Below are positions 28,899 to 39,018 of a DNA stretch of 52,029 bases, piece after piece; the stretch's first letter is position 1, and each line of letters begins with the position of its first letter. The notes beneath the pieces were generated by a model, which saw only the letters and a list, made by a program, of their open reading frames with translations, searched no databases and was not told the origin of the DNA. The stretch is taken from positions 1 through 52,029 of the forward strand of contig CAJWCD010000007.1 of the NCBI GenBank assembly GCA_913020725.1, in the 5' to 3' direction. The translations under genes and the position numbers were made by a program. Source of the DNA: an uncultured Pseudomonadota bacterium. GTDB lineage: Bacteria > SAR324 > NAC60-12.

Positions 28899-30330
28899 CG
28901 AGGCGTTCCCGCAGCAGTTGATTGATCAACTGGGGGTTGCCCTGTCCTTTGGTCTGTTTCATCATTTGTCCCACAAAAAATCCGAGCACCTTGGTTTTTC
29001 CAGCACGGTATTGCTCCACCTGTTCCGGATTCGCCGCGATGAGTTCAGTGGCGAGCCGACCGAGTTTGTCGGTGTCCGAAACCTGTTTCAGCCCCTTTTC
29101 CTCCACAATCTGAGCCGGAGCCTTTCCGGAATTGCGCATTTCCTCAAAAACGGACTTGGCAATTTTGCTGCTGATCTCGCCCTTGCGGAGCAGTTCCGTG
29201 AGTTCCGCAAGCTGGGCGGGGGCGATTCCACTGTCCCGGAGGCCACAGCCGCTCTCGTTCATCACGCGGGTGAGGTCGCCCATGATCCAGTTGCAGGCGA
29301 GCTTGGGGTCTGCACCTTCCGCCAGCGTTTCCTCGAAAAACTCGGCGGTTTCGCGGCTGGCGATCAGCACTCCGGCATCGTAAGAACTCAGCCCATGCTC
29401 CTGCTGGTAGCGTTCCTGTTTCGCGTCCGGAAGTTCCGGAAGGGCGTTTTGGATTTCCTCCACCCGTGTTTCTGAAAGCTGGACCAGCGGCAGATCGGGA
29501 TCGGGAAAGTAGCGGTATTCCCCGGCTTCCTCTTTCGTGCGCATGGTGAAGGTGACGCGCCGCTCGGAATCCCAGAGCCGCGTTTCCTGCACTAGTTTCC
29601 GCCCATCCAACAATTCCTCTTGGTGTCGGTCAATCTCATAGGCGACCGCCTGCTGGATGAAACGGAAGGAGTTAAGATTCTTGACCTCGGCCCGGACTCC
29701 AAGCTGTTTCTGCCCCTTGGGACGCACCGAAACATTGGCGTCACAGCGCAGTTGGCCTTTTTCCATGTCACCTTCGGAAACACCGAGGTACGTCACCAGC
29801 GAATGGAGTTTCTCCATATATGTCTTGGCCTCTTCCGGAGTGCGCAAGTCTGGTTCGCTGACGATCTCCAGCAGGGGAGTCCCGGCGCGGTTGAAGTCCA
29901 CAAAGCTCGACTCTCCGGCGGATTCATGCACGAGCTTTCCGGCGTCTTCCTCGATGTGGATGCGCGTGATGCCGATGCGTTTGGCTCCGGATTTGGTGTC
30001 GATCATCACCCAGCCGCGTTCGCAGATCGGGCGGTCGTACTGCGAAATCTGATACGCCTTGGGCAGGTCCGGATAGAAGTAGTTCTTGCGGGCGAACTGA
30101 GAGTCGAGCCGGATTTCGCAATGGGTCGCCAGTCCTAGCTGCACGGCGAACTCCTGCACCTGCTCGTTGAGAACGGGCAAGGCACCCGGCAGGCCGAGAC
30201 AGACTGGGCAAGTGTGTTCGTTGGGGTCCGCTCCAAAGCTGGTGGGGCAGTTGCAGAACAGCTTGGATTTCGTTGCCATTTGCGCGTGTATCTCCAATCC
30301 AATAACAGCTTCAAACTCCATCTTGCTCAA
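28891..30330 (-). CDS. gatB: Asp-tRNA(Asn)/Glu-tRNA(Gln) amidotransferase subunit B
   Basis: IGLEIH, RKNYFYPDLPK, EEDAGK, RCDANVS, YRYFPDPDL, GFFVGQMMK. Confidence 0.97.
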   Translation of the reverse strand: MSKMEFEAVIGLEIHAQMATKSKLFCNCPTSFGADPNEHTCPVCLGLPGALPVLNEQVQEFAVQLGLATHCEIRLDSQFARKNYFYPDLPKAYQISQYDRPICERGWVMIDTKSGAKRIGITRIHIEEDAGKLVHESAGESSFVDFNRAGTPLLEIVSEPDLRTPEEAKTYMEKLHSLVTYLGVSEGDMEKGQLRCDANVSVRPKGQKQLGVRAEVKNLNSFRFIQQAVAYEIDRHQEELLDGRKLVQETRLWDSERRVTFTMRTKEEAGEYRYFPDPDLPLVQLSETRVEEIQNALPELPDAKQERYQQEHGLSSYDAGVLIASRETAEFFEETLAEGADPKLACNWIMGDLTRVMNESGCGLRDSGIAPAQLAELTELLRKGEISSKIAKSVFEEMRNSGKAPAQIVEEKGLKQVSDTDKLGRLATELIAANPEQVEQYRAGKTKVLGFFVGQMMKQTKGQGNPQLINQLLRERLDA

Positions 30331-30983
30331 TCCTTCAGTGAGGCCATGCGTGTTTCCAAATCCAGCAGCCGCTGCTTGAGGTCGTCCACCTCACTCTGTT
30401 CGGGAGGGGGATTGGGGATTGGGGGCGGGGCGGGGTGGGTTCCAAACCCGTCCGTACTAGGCGTGGGTGGTTCGCTGCTTGAAGGCTGAGTTTCTGGTTC
30501 CTCACCCCTCGTTGAATCGGGAGGGGGGGCGAATCCAGGAGGTCTGAACTGACGGAGGTGATCCGTGAAGTTCGTCAGGGGGTTTGTGAAGGGCAAGGCT
30601 CCAGATTGCCCCAACCATGCTTGCGGCGTTGTGAACTGCGTCATATGCCGCCGCATGAGGTCACGGGTTTCCAAGTAGGAGTCCAGCACTTTTGGCAGAA
30701 ATTCGGTGAGAAAATCTCCGATCAACCCGTCTTGGTTACGAATGAGCTGGTGCAGGAAGTCCGCAGAAAACAGATAGGAATTTTGTTCCAAGACCACCTG
30801 CGCTAGCACAGCTGGAGTGATGTCCTCCCGCGTTTTCGAGTCGATCACCTGCACCTCGCGGCCCTGCTTGATCAACTCCACCAACTCGTCTAGCGTGAGG
30901 TGCTTGCTGCGCGTGACGTCATAGAGTCGGCGATTGGGGTATTTGCGGATGACGACCGTGCCTTCCGGCGCGTGACGCTTCAT
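30327..30983 (-). CDS. PhaR-like PHA/PHB accumulation regulator (N-terminal DNA-binding domain)
   Basis: IRKYPNRRLYD..S...TLDE, VIDSKT.EDIT..VL.Q, then a Pro-rich linker and C-terminal coil. ATG at 30983. Confidence 0.8.
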   Translation of the reverse strand: MKRHAPEGTVVIRKYPNRRLYDVTRSKHLTLDELVELIKQGREVQVIDSKTREDITPAVLAQVVLEQNSYLFSADFLHQLIRNQDGLIGDFLTEFLPKVLDSYLETRDLMRRHMTQFTTPQAWLGQSGALPFTNPLTNFTDHLRQFRPPGFAPPPDSTRGEEPETQPSSSEPPTPSTDGFGTHPAPPPIPNPPPEQSEVDDLKQRLLDLETRMASLKD

Positions 30984-31115
30984 GGATGGTGCGTGGCATG
31001 TGCAAAGAACAAGGAAAAGGATACCCGGGCGGAGCCTCAAGGACAAGCCTAATGGCATCATGCCCTCATTGCTGGACCAGCAAAGTTGTGAACTTATCCG
31101 CGAGCGCGGAGTTCT

Positions 31116-31604
31116 TCAGAGCGGATAAACGACTACGCCCGGAGTGGCGAAAGTGTCGAGGACAACACGGCGCCCGCAGAAGCGGGCCATGCCGTTGGTG
31201 ACGCGGATGCGATCGTGGTAGGTGCCGGCGATAAAAAGCTGGGAGCGACCCCGCAAGTCTGTGGCGAAAACGGTGACATTGCTCAGGGATTTCCAGAGAC
31301 CGTCTGCGTCCGCTTGCAGGTCAAGCGTTTGCAGGAAATGCCGAGTCTGGTAATCCTCAAACGCGCCGGGCCAAACTTGCGTTACATAGGTGACGCGGTC
31401 TTGCAGGCGTTCGTAGGAATCGTCAAACATGAGACCAATGGGCAGGTCGTCCTGATCGTTGTCCGCTCCAGTCACAAAGTACGAACCGTCCCGGTCAAAG
31501 CACTCGAGCCAACCCCGCATGTCTTTGCCATCGAGTGCCCGCAGGTAGCGCTGCTGCAAAGCGTCCACCGCCTGCCGGATTTCCTCCGGAATCACTGCGC
31601 TCAT
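31116..31604 (-). CDS. Aromatic ring-hydroxylating oxygenase beta subunit
   Basis: Y..ALD...W...F, LQDRV, YQTRH, G.Y.D, VVYPL C-terminus. Adjacent to the alpha subunit. Confidence 0.85.
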   Translation of the reverse strand: MSAVIPEEIRQAVDALQQRYLRALDGKDMRGWLECFDRDGSYFVTGADNDQDDLPIGLMFDDSYERLQDRVTYVTQVWPGAFEDYQTRHFLQTLDLQADADGLWKSLSNVTVFATDLRGRSQLFIAGTYHDRIRVTNGMARFCGRRVVLDTFATPGVVVYPL

Positions 31605-32815
31605 GAGGTGGCCCGTTCAAAGCCCATCGTCTGACGATAGGTCTCCCACCACACGGTGTTCGTCACCTCGTCGTTGTGGCTGACGTGCCACGGGTCGTTC
31701 TCCGAGCTGTCCTGCCAGCCGCGCAGATAGCGGATGCGGTCCGGTTCAGCGTGGAGCGCCTTCTGGATACGACCGAACACGGCCCCGTCCTCCAAGCTGA
31801 TAAAACCACTGGGCCCGATCAAATTGGAGGATTGCCGCACTCGGTGCCGCACGAGTTCCGGATCATCGTCCTGATGTGCGAAGTAGGCGTAATGCACCTC
31901 GGTTTGTGTGGGCGAAAGGGGGTTGGCGAAGCGGCAGTTGATGATGTCGAGGTGATTCATCACCGCTCCCAATGGCCACGGAGTGACGAGCAGTGAACCT
32001 GCCTTTTGGTGCGGAAGCTTGTTGCGGGGATGCTCGCCGCCCCAGTAGCGCATCAGTTCCGGATCGTTCAGCAGGCCTAAGTTGTCCGCCACCCCTTCCA
32101 TCACGGTTTCCGTGACACGATGCCCCTGGGAAGACCGAACTTGTGAGCCTGCGCCACCCTTCCATTTCAGGATCTGAAAGGCCCGGTGCAGCAAAGGCGC
32201 GTGGTAGCCTTCATCGTCAATGTAGATTTTCCAGTTCGTTTCAAAGATAGTTTTCTGGTAGCCCAACAACTTTAGCCGCCCGTCGCCTCCAAGGGCTGCC
32301 CGCAAAGGTGTTGCGATTTCCGCCAGCCACGCTTCCAGCACTGGCGGATCTGGATGCAGGGACGCGAACAACAACCCACAAAACTCTTCAACGCGGGCAC
32401 TGGCGAGTCCGTGGTTAGTCAGTTCAAAAGACCCCGGAAAATCCTTGACGCCGGGGCAGCGGGTGAGGGTGCCTTCCAGCGAATACGCCCAGCGGTGAAA
32501 CGGGCATTCAAACTCGCGGGCCTTGCCCCGAAAACGGGGTTCGAGCATGGTGCCGCGATGAGCACAAGCGTTGTGCAAGGCGCGGATGACGCCATCCTGC
32601 CCGTGAATGAGAATCAGTGGCACCCGCCCAAGCTGCACGGTTTTGAAACGTCCGGGCGCATCCAATTCAGCGCGGTGCCCCACCAGATGCCAGAGCGGTC
32701 CTGCAAAGATTCGCTCCATTTCGGGGTCGAAAATCTCTGCCCGCTCAACCGCCCATTTGGGTGCTTCGTTGAAAGCACTGGGCCACGGAGGTGGTTGAAA
32801 ATCGGGGGTGTTCAT
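31601..32815 (-). CDS. Rieske ring-hydroxylating oxygenase alpha subunit (NagG/salicylate-hydroxylase-like)
   Basis: Rieske CAHRG...CPFH motif, mononuclear Fe motif EGYHAPLLH, and GPSGFISLEDG. Confidence 0.88.
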   Translation of the reverse strand: MNTPDFQPPPWPSAFNEAPKWAVERAEIFDPEMERIFAGPLWHLVGHRAELDAPGRFKTVQLGRVPLILIHGQDGVIRALHNACAHRGTMLEPRFRGKAREFECPFHRWAYSLEGTLTRCPGVKDFPGSFELTNHGLASARVEEFCGLLFASLHPDPPVLEAWLAEIATPLRAALGGDGRLKLLGYQKTIFETNWKIYIDDEGYHAPLLHRAFQILKWKGGAGSQVRSSQGHRVTETVMEGVADNLGLLNDPELMRYWGGEHPRNKLPHQKAGSLLVTPWPLGAVMNHLDIINCRFANPLSPTQTEVHYAYFAHQDDDPELVRHRVRQSSNLIGPSGFISLEDGAVFGRIQKALHAEPDRIRYLRGWQDSSENDPWHVSHNDEVTNTVWWETYRQTMGFERATS

Positions 32816-32822
32816 TTCAAAT

Positions 32823-33746
32823 TTAGCGGATGCGTTCGGCTCCGGAATAGATATTGAACCGCTTGGGGCTGAGGAAACCCACGAGCGTCATGCCAAATTC
32901 GCGGGCGGTCAACACGGCAAGGCTGCTCGGTGCGCCAACTGAGGCGAGTGCTGGAATGCCGCCGATCACCGCTTTCTGCACGAGCTCAAAGCTGGCGCGT
33001 CCACTCACGAGCAGGAGCCGTCCAGAGGCGGGAAGTTGCTCGTCGAGCAGCAATCGACCGTTGATTTTGTCCACAGCATTGTGCCGTCCGACATCCTCGC
33101 GGAGCAAGAGCAGCTTACCGGATTCGTCGAAAAGCGCCGCTGCGTGCAATCCGCCAGTTTGCGTGAAAACTGCCTGCACTTCGCGGAGCCGATCCGGGAG
33201 GCTGCGCAGCAAATCCGGCGAAAATCCGTCCAAGCCCTGCGGACGCGAGGGGCACACCTCCCACACAGAATCGAGCGAGTTTTTTCCACAAATCCCGCAA
33301 CTGGACGAGGTGAAAACATTACGGCTCAGGCGTTTTGGATGGAACGGAGTGCCGGGTTTGAGTTCGACGATGACCATGTTCTCAGGCTGTGGTTCATGCG
33401 GATCCTCTGGACGAAACACTCGGGCCACGGTTCCCGGCTCCGGCACCAAACCTTCACTGAGCAGAAATCCCACCGCCAGTTCAAAATCATGCCCCGGAGT
33501 GCGCATTGTCACCGCCACCCGAAATTGAAAGCCATCCGCCAAAATCCGCATCTCCAACGGTTCCTCCACGGCCAACTGATCGTCGAGTTCCTTGCGGACA
33601 GCGGCGGTGTGTCGCACGATTGGCGTCGTCCACACGCCTTTCGTGATGCTGTCCGGAACGGCAGGGTTTGCGCTGAGCCGGGGTTCTTCCGGAACCTCCG
33701 TTGCGTCTGACTCCAAAGCGGCTCGATCGATTTCAAGCATGGGCAT
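32823..33746 (-). CDS. fdhD: Formate dehydrogenase accessory sulfurtransferase FdhD
   Basis: VEEPL, TMRTPGHD.ELA.GFL.SEG, SSCGICG, TGGLHAA, REDVGRHNAVDK. Confidence 0.94.
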   Translation of the reverse strand: MPMLEIDRAALESDATEVPEEPRLSANPAVPDSITKGVWTTPIVRHTAAVRKELDDQLAVEEPLEMRILADGFQFRVAVTMRTPGHDFELAVGFLLSEGLVPEPGTVARVFRPEDPHEPQPENMVIVELKPGTPFHPKRLSRNVFTSSSCGICGKNSLDSVWEVCPSRPQGLDGFSPDLLRSLPDRLREVQAVFTQTGGLHAAALFDESGKLLLLREDVGRHNAVDKINGRLLLDEQLPASGRLLLVSGRASFELVQKAVIGGIPALASVGAPSSLAVLTAREFGMTLVGFLSPKRFNIYSGAERIR

Positions 33747-33773
33747 TCACTGAGAGCATAAACTGCGTTTTCA

Positions 33774-34556
33774 TTAGCGCCCCTGCCAAACTGGATCACG
33801 CTTTTCGGCAAAGGCTCGTGCGCCTTCCTTGATGTCCTCGGAGCGGTTAACTGCCATGACGGTGGCACAGGCATCGTGGACGGCAAAGGCTTCGTTTTCC
33901 GGAACCATCTCGGTCATCCGTAAGACTTGTTTGATCGCGGGATAGAGTAGTGGGGGGCCGTCGGCAAGCATTTCGGCAATCTCCCGGGCCTTGGCCAATC
34001 CCTGCCCCTTGGGAACGATGTGGTTGACCAACCCCCAGTGCTTGGCTTCCTCCGCATCCATCCAGCGTCCGGTCATCATGAATTCGACCGCAACGTGATA
34101 CGGAACACGCCGCCGCAATTTCACCACTCCGCAATCCGGAAGCACCCCCACGTTGATTTCCGGAAGCGCAAAAGTGGCGTGTTCCTCGGCGACGATGATG
34201 TCGCAGCCGAGCATGATCTCAAAGCCACCACCACAGGCAATGCCGTTGACCGCGCAAATGATCGGCTTGTAGAGGTTGCGCGGATAGTTCAGTCCGCCAA
34301 AACCTCCGGAACCGTAGTCGGAATCCGAAGCCTCCCCGCTGACAGCGACATTCTTCAAGTCCCAGCCTGCGCAAAAGAACTTCTCGCCCTTACCGGTGAG
34401 GATGGCAAAACGCTGCTCCGGATGATCCCGGAACGCCTCCCACATGTGGTTGAGTTCGCGGCTGTCCTCGGCGCTGATGGCGTTGGCCTTGCCCTTGGAA
34501 AGCGTGACCTCTAAGATCGGCCCACGCGGATTGAGAACAAACGGTGCTTCGGCCAT
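33774..34556 (-). CDS. caiD: Carnitinyl-CoA dehydratase (CaiD-like crotonase)
   Basis: KANAI, KFFCAGWDLK, DYGSGGFGG, AVNGIACGGGFE, EGARAFAEKRDPVWQGR. Confidence 0.8.
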   Translation of the reverse strand: MAEAPFVLNPRGPILEVTLSKGKANAISAEDSRELNHMWEAFRDHPEQRFAILTGKGEKFFCAGWDLKNVAVSGEASDSDYGSGGFGGLNYPRNLYKPIICAVNGIACGGGFEIMLGCDIIVAEEHATFALPEINVGVLPDCGVVKLRRRVPYHVAVEFMMTGRWMDAEEAKHWGLVNHIVPKGQGLAKAREIAEMLADGPPLLYPAIKQVLRMTEMVPENEAFAVHDACATVMAVNRSEDIKEGARAFAEKRDPVWQGR

Positions 34557-35264
34557 CCAGTTTCCTTCATACGAAATGAGCACGTCTGCGGCCACCATTT
34601 TTTACCGCAAGGACGCACAATCAGAGGGTTGCGAGCAACCCGAATCCTAGCGGCATGATGCCCCACCTTCCACAATTCTGCAAGTCTCGCATGGCGATGC
34701 CCCCTGCCAACAAAAATCTTGACGGAGCCTTCGCCTTCTCAAAGAAGAACTGGGGCAAGTCTGCGTCATTCGACGGTTCATCATCGAATACAATCGGTCA
34801 TTGTGATAGTGAGCCACTACAAAAAATGTTTTGACAGCCTAAGATTGGGGGCTACTCAAATAGTGTCCGCGAGAGCAAAGTATTGATCGATCGAGGATCA
34901 AGCGGATGATCCACTCATTCGGGTATCCATTTCATCTATAAGGAGAAAAGATGTAACTATTACATTTCCTTCTCAGCGCCAACCTGAAACAGAAAAATCC
35001 GCTTCGCGAACGATTCGGAATTGACAGGCTCAAGATTCTGGGCCTGCTTGCTGTTCTTTATTCATTCGTTAAACCTGAAAAGCTGAGAATCAGGATAAAA
35101 TTGAACCACTTTGCCATTAATGAAAAAATTTATATCGAGGCTTTTAAAATCACATATGATAATCTTGAAAAGATGAGTGGGACTCAAAATCGACTGGCTT
35201 TAGTTTAGTCTAATGACACTCTGCGTAACATCGACTGAATAGTTACAATAGGTTTTGTTCTGGA

Positions 35265-36209
35265 TCAGCATTGAATTGTTTCGACACGATAGGCTTTTTT
35301 AGCGTTTTCAGCAAAAAGTTTTTGTTGATCCTCTCGATTATACTGACGCTCAATTAGATTGACAAAGGCTTTGTACAAACGCTCAGCATTCCAACCAAAA
35401 TGATTCTCAACTGGAAAATTAGACGCGAAGAAACAGCGATCAACTCCAAACAAATCAATCACTCTGAGCACGGTTTCCTGAACTAATGAACTTTGCTCCC
35501 AATTCTTGTCAATGTAGGAAAGCATTGAAATTTTAACAAAGGTTTTTTCTTGGTCTGAAAAGGCTTTCAAACCTTCCCAGTAGACATCCTTATTTTCTGT
35601 GATATCATCAATCGTGGGGCTTCCCAAATGACCAATGATGACAGGAGTTTCCGGATGTTTTTCCACCAAACTGACAGCATCCTTGAATTGATGCGGGTTT
35701 AGCTGTAAATCAAAGGACAAGGAGTGATTTTCCAATTTGGCGTATCCTTCACGCCACCTTGCATTACTAAGCAAATCTCCGAGCTGTTCATTTCTTGGCC
35801 ATGATGGTTCATGGTTGAGGATTTGCCGGATTCCTCGAACAAGGGGATTTTCAGCCAGTTGAGCTAGGATCTTTCCGGAATCCACATCCTCAAGAGGTGC
35901 AGATGAAACAATGATATAGCAATTATTTGAGTTGCAAAATTGCTTGGAAACCCAGTTTGTTTCTGCCAAACATTCAGAAGTGAATCCATCTCCTGTGGCA
36001 CCGACATGACAAACACTGACCGCCTCTACGAAAGCCCCTCCGTTATGTTCAAAATCGGAACCTGCTGAGAGCATGTCTTGTTCGTAACAATCCCAAGAAT
36101 AAACGGGGTTGTCATCGGGTGCGAAAAGCTGACTGGAATCATGCCCGGAGAGCGTATTCTCTGAGACATCCCACAGATGAAAATGTGGATCCCAAATCTC
36201 CATTCTCAT
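35265..36209 (-). CDS. Amidohydrolase-family sugar lactonase (L-rhamnono/L-fuconolactonase-like)
   Basis: DPHFHLW, VRGIR, LSFDL, IIGHLG.P, VKIS, FG.DRC.FASNFPV. Overlaps the stop of the dehydratase gene. Confidence 0.75.
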   Translation of the reverse strand: MRMEIWDPHFHLWDVSENTLSGHDSSQLFAPDDNPVYSWDCYEQDMLSAGSDFEHNGGAFVEAVSVCHVGATGDGFTSECLAETNWVSKQFCNSNNCYIIVSSAPLEDVDSGKILAQLAENPLVRGIRQILNHEPSWPRNEQLGDLLSNARWREGYAKLENHSLSFDLQLNPHQFKDAVSLVEKHPETPVIIGHLGSPTIDDITENKDVYWEGLKAFSDQEKTFVKISMLSYIDKNWEQSSLVQETVLRVIDLFGVDRCFFASNFPVENHFGWNAERLYKAFVNLIERQYNREDQQKLFAENAKKAYRVETIQC

Positions 36210-37414
36210 TCTCCCTGTCGTTTAGCTGCTGGAGAAACCCTGTTCAGTTCCAAACCCTTGCGGTTCAACTTCAGCCCCCATCCGGGATCATCCGTCAATT
36301 TGATTTTCCCGTTTTTTGGAAGAATTTCATTCTCAAACATGTTTCCAAACACCGGAGGAAAGCTCAGGCAGTCTGTGCTGGTGTTCAGGTACTCGCAGAA
36401 TGGACAGTGGGGTTGCGTGACGACAAAGTGGTAGCTGTATGCGCCACTACCGTGAGGCACCACAGGAATGTCATATGCAGCAGCCATGGCTGAGATGCGC
36501 AACAGTTCGGTCAAACCTCCACACCACATGACATCGGGCTGGAGGATGTCAACCGAGCGGGATTCGATGAGCTTCCGGAATCCATAACGGGTGTACTCGT
36601 GTTCTCCAGTGGTCCAGCGCATCCACGGGACTCGTTCCTTGAGCAACTTGTAGCCGTCGAAGTCATCAGGATGCAAAACCTCCTCCAGCCAGTACATGCC
36701 GATCTCCTGAAGAGCGTAGGCCAATTCTACCGCATAGGGTACATCGAGAGCCATCCAGCAGTCCGCCATCAGATGAAAATCCGGGCCAACCCGATCTCGC
36801 ATTTCACGGAATTGCTTCACATTGGCATTCAGACCTTCCCGGCGGTCTGCCGGACTATGAGGCAGGGGCATTTTTCCTCCGATGAATCCGGCTTCTTTGG
36901 CGACATCCGGACGGATTCCCGTGCAATAAAGTTCGATCTCATTTCGCACGGCCCCGCCGATCATTTGATAAACGGGTTCTTGCCGGAGCAGGCCCAGCAA
37001 ATCCCAGAGGGCCAAATCAACGGCACTGATTGCCCAGAGCGGCACTCCCTTGCCACCGTAATACCTGCTGGCCCGGAACATCTGGTCCCAGATGCGATTC
37101 AAGCTCCTTGGGTCTTGACCGACGATGAAACGCCGGAAGTGCTGCTCAATCATGTAACACGCCGGGGCGCCTCCCTGTCCAGCACTGATTCCGATTGTGC
37201 CATCCGAAGCCTCTACTTCCACAACGATGCTCTTCATCACGTTGATGCCAAAGCTGGTGCGGGATTGTTTGTACTCCGGATAGGCAGACATGGGAGTGGC
37301 AATCAGGGTGTCCACCAACCAGTGGCCCTGTTCACGGTCGTGATAATCTCCTCCGGAACCGGCCTGCTCCAAGACAAAAGCCCGGACATCGGTGATCGTC
37401 ACTTGCTTCATCAT
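36206..37414 (-). CDS. rhmD: L-rhamnonate dehydratase (enolase superfamily)
   Basis: GGDYHD...HW, IATPMS.YPEY..SR.SFGIN, GGKMPL, DCWM, WLEE, GEHE.TRYG, VVPHGS. Confidence 0.88.
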   Translation of the reverse strand: MMKQVTITDVRAFVLEQAGSGGDYHDREQGHWLVDTLIATPMSAYPEYKQSRTSFGINVMKSIVVEVEASDGTIGISAGQGGAPACYMIEQHFRRFIVGQDPRSLNRIWDQMFRASRYYGGKGVPLWAISAVDLALWDLLGLLRQEPVYQMIGGAVRNEIELYCTGIRPDVAKEAGFIGGKMPLPHSPADRREGLNANVKQFREMRDRVGPDFHLMADCWMALDVPYAVELAYALQEIGMYWLEEVLHPDDFDGYKLLKERVPWMRWTTGEHEYTRYGFRKLIESRSVDILQPDVMWCGGLTELLRISAMAAAYDIPVVPHGSGAYSYHFVVTQPHCPFCEYLNTSTDCLSFPPVFGNMFENEILPKNGKIKLTDDPGWGLKLNRKGLELNRVSPAAKRQGE

Positions 37415-37805
37415 AACCTCTTCAATAATTCGGGTGATTGTAGTTCAGATCGAAGACTCTCCCGGCGGTGGGTAAAATTGCGGAAGAATAGAGCCATGCG
37501 CCCCTCACCAAGCCCATGCCTTGTGCCTCGCCTGTGATCACAGCACATCGATTTTGGAGATCAATATTTTTCATAAAATACCTGTGATATTGAAACGCTT
37601 GAATTCAACTCGTAAGTGCAATACTCTCCGGATCGGAAAAGATTGGTTTTCTGCCAAGTACAAAACGAACACTAGGATAAGCATATAAAACTAAAAGACA
37701 AAATCCGAATGACATGGAGTAAAATACTGAAACCGCACATCCTCAAAGAGTTACACTTACGAGTTGAATTCAGGTCTTATATTTCTGAATCCAGAAATGT
37801 TTTGT

Positions 37806-37829
37806 GGGGAGTGTTTTGCAACACTCCCC
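37806..37829. terminator. Perfect hairpin 3' of the substrate-binding protein gene (terminator or mRNA-stabilising stem)
   Basis: GGGGAGTGTT-TTGC-AACACTCCCC, a 10-bp stem. No U-tract on the - strand. Confidence 0.55.
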
Positions 37830-37851
37830 GGACAGCAGGGTTAAGCTGGCG

Positions 37852-38892
37852 TTATTTTGCCGATGCTTCCACGTTATCTTTATTGTACGTGCTGAAGGGT
37901 CCCATTAACACGCGCAGTCCTTTGTCGCGGGTGGGGTCTTTTTCAATCGTGTAGTACCCCATCCTTCCGGCCTTGAAGGTTTCTCCTGCAATGCCCTCAA
38001 TTTGGTTTGTGGCCAGAAGATAAGTGGCATAATAGGAAAGGTAGCCTAAATCAACAAAACTCCAGAGTGCAAACTCAGGAGCACAACCGTTCATCGTATA
38101 GCTCACCATTTCTGCCGGCAACCCAAGACCGCTCACCTTGACCTGATCGCATAACCCTTCGTCCTGCATCGCCTTTGCCGCTGAGGCAATACCGACAGTG
38201 GTCGGGGCCATGATCAACTTCAATTTCGGATGTTTGTCCACTAAAGCCAGCGCTTGATTGTAGCTTTTCTCCGATTGATCATCTCCATAAACCAAATCTA
38301 CCAGCTTAATTTTGGAATACTTGGGAGCCTTCAAAGCTTCCTTCATAGCAGCATTCCAAGCATTTTGGTTTGAGGCATCCGGTGAAGCGGAAAGCACTGC
38401 AAACTCACCACCAGAGGATCCGATAATATTCAAAGCCATATCGGCCATTACGGTTCCGGTTTCATTGAAGTCCACCTGAGCGATGAACAACTGCTCGCCA
38501 TCCGCAGATGGAATGGGTGAGTCCCAAGTCACAACCGTCATCCCCTTGGCGCGCGCCTTCTTGGCCGCAGGAGCAATCTGGTCTCCGGCATTGTTTGAGA
38601 TCATAATGCCGTCCTGACCTTGTGTGGTTGCGGTGGTCAGAATTTCAATCTGACCGGCAACGCTATTCTCCGGGGTTGGCCCAAGAAACAACAATTCCCC
38701 GGGGTTCCCCAATTCGGCATGGGCTTCCTTGGCACCTTCGTGCGCCTGATCGAAAACCAAGATGCCGAGAAATTTCGGCATCAAGACCAAATCGGCCTTT
38801 TGGCCTTTTTTGGCGACAGTGTGCCCCATTGCCAGGCTCCCGATGAGCATGAAAAACAATGGAACGAGTGTAATCATTTTACGATAAAACAT
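37852..38892 (-). CDS. Rhamnose-type ABC transporter substrate-binding protein
   Basis: Signal peptide, PK.LG..F, GP, VVTWDS, NQNAW, YGDD, APTTVGI, GLGLP, LW...DLGY. Confidence 0.85.
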   Translation of the reverse strand: MFYRKMITLVPLFFMLIGSLAMGHTVAKKGQKADLVLMPKFLGILVFDQAHEGAKEAHAELGNPGELLFLGPTPENSVAGQIEILTTATTQGQDGIMISNNAGDQIAPAAKKARAKGMTVVTWDSPIPSADGEQLFIAQVDFNETGTVMADMALNIIGSSGGEFAVLSASPDASNQNAWNAAMKEALKAPKYSKIKLVDLVYGDDQSEKSYNQALALVDKHPKLKLIMAPTTVGIASAAKAMQDEGLCDQVKVSGLGLPAEMVSYTMNGCAPEFALWSFVDLGYLSYYATYLLATNQIEGIAGETFKAGRMGYYTIEKDPTRDKGLRVLMGPFSTYNKDNVEASAK

Positions 38893-39018
38893 AACTTCTC
38901 CTTAATTCAGGATTGAAAAAAACTAGCTTAGAATCGACTGCTCAGTGTTTCATAGGCATTGCCTCCTTATTGCATAGAGTGATTAAATGATTGAGATGAA
39001 AGTCTTTCAGTCTTCATT

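Noticed and set aside
34650..35264. IS remnant, tRNA or attachment site at the island's left edge
   Set aside because: No transposase-like ORF, no cloverleaf, and no repeat matching the right edge; only weak imperfect hairpins.
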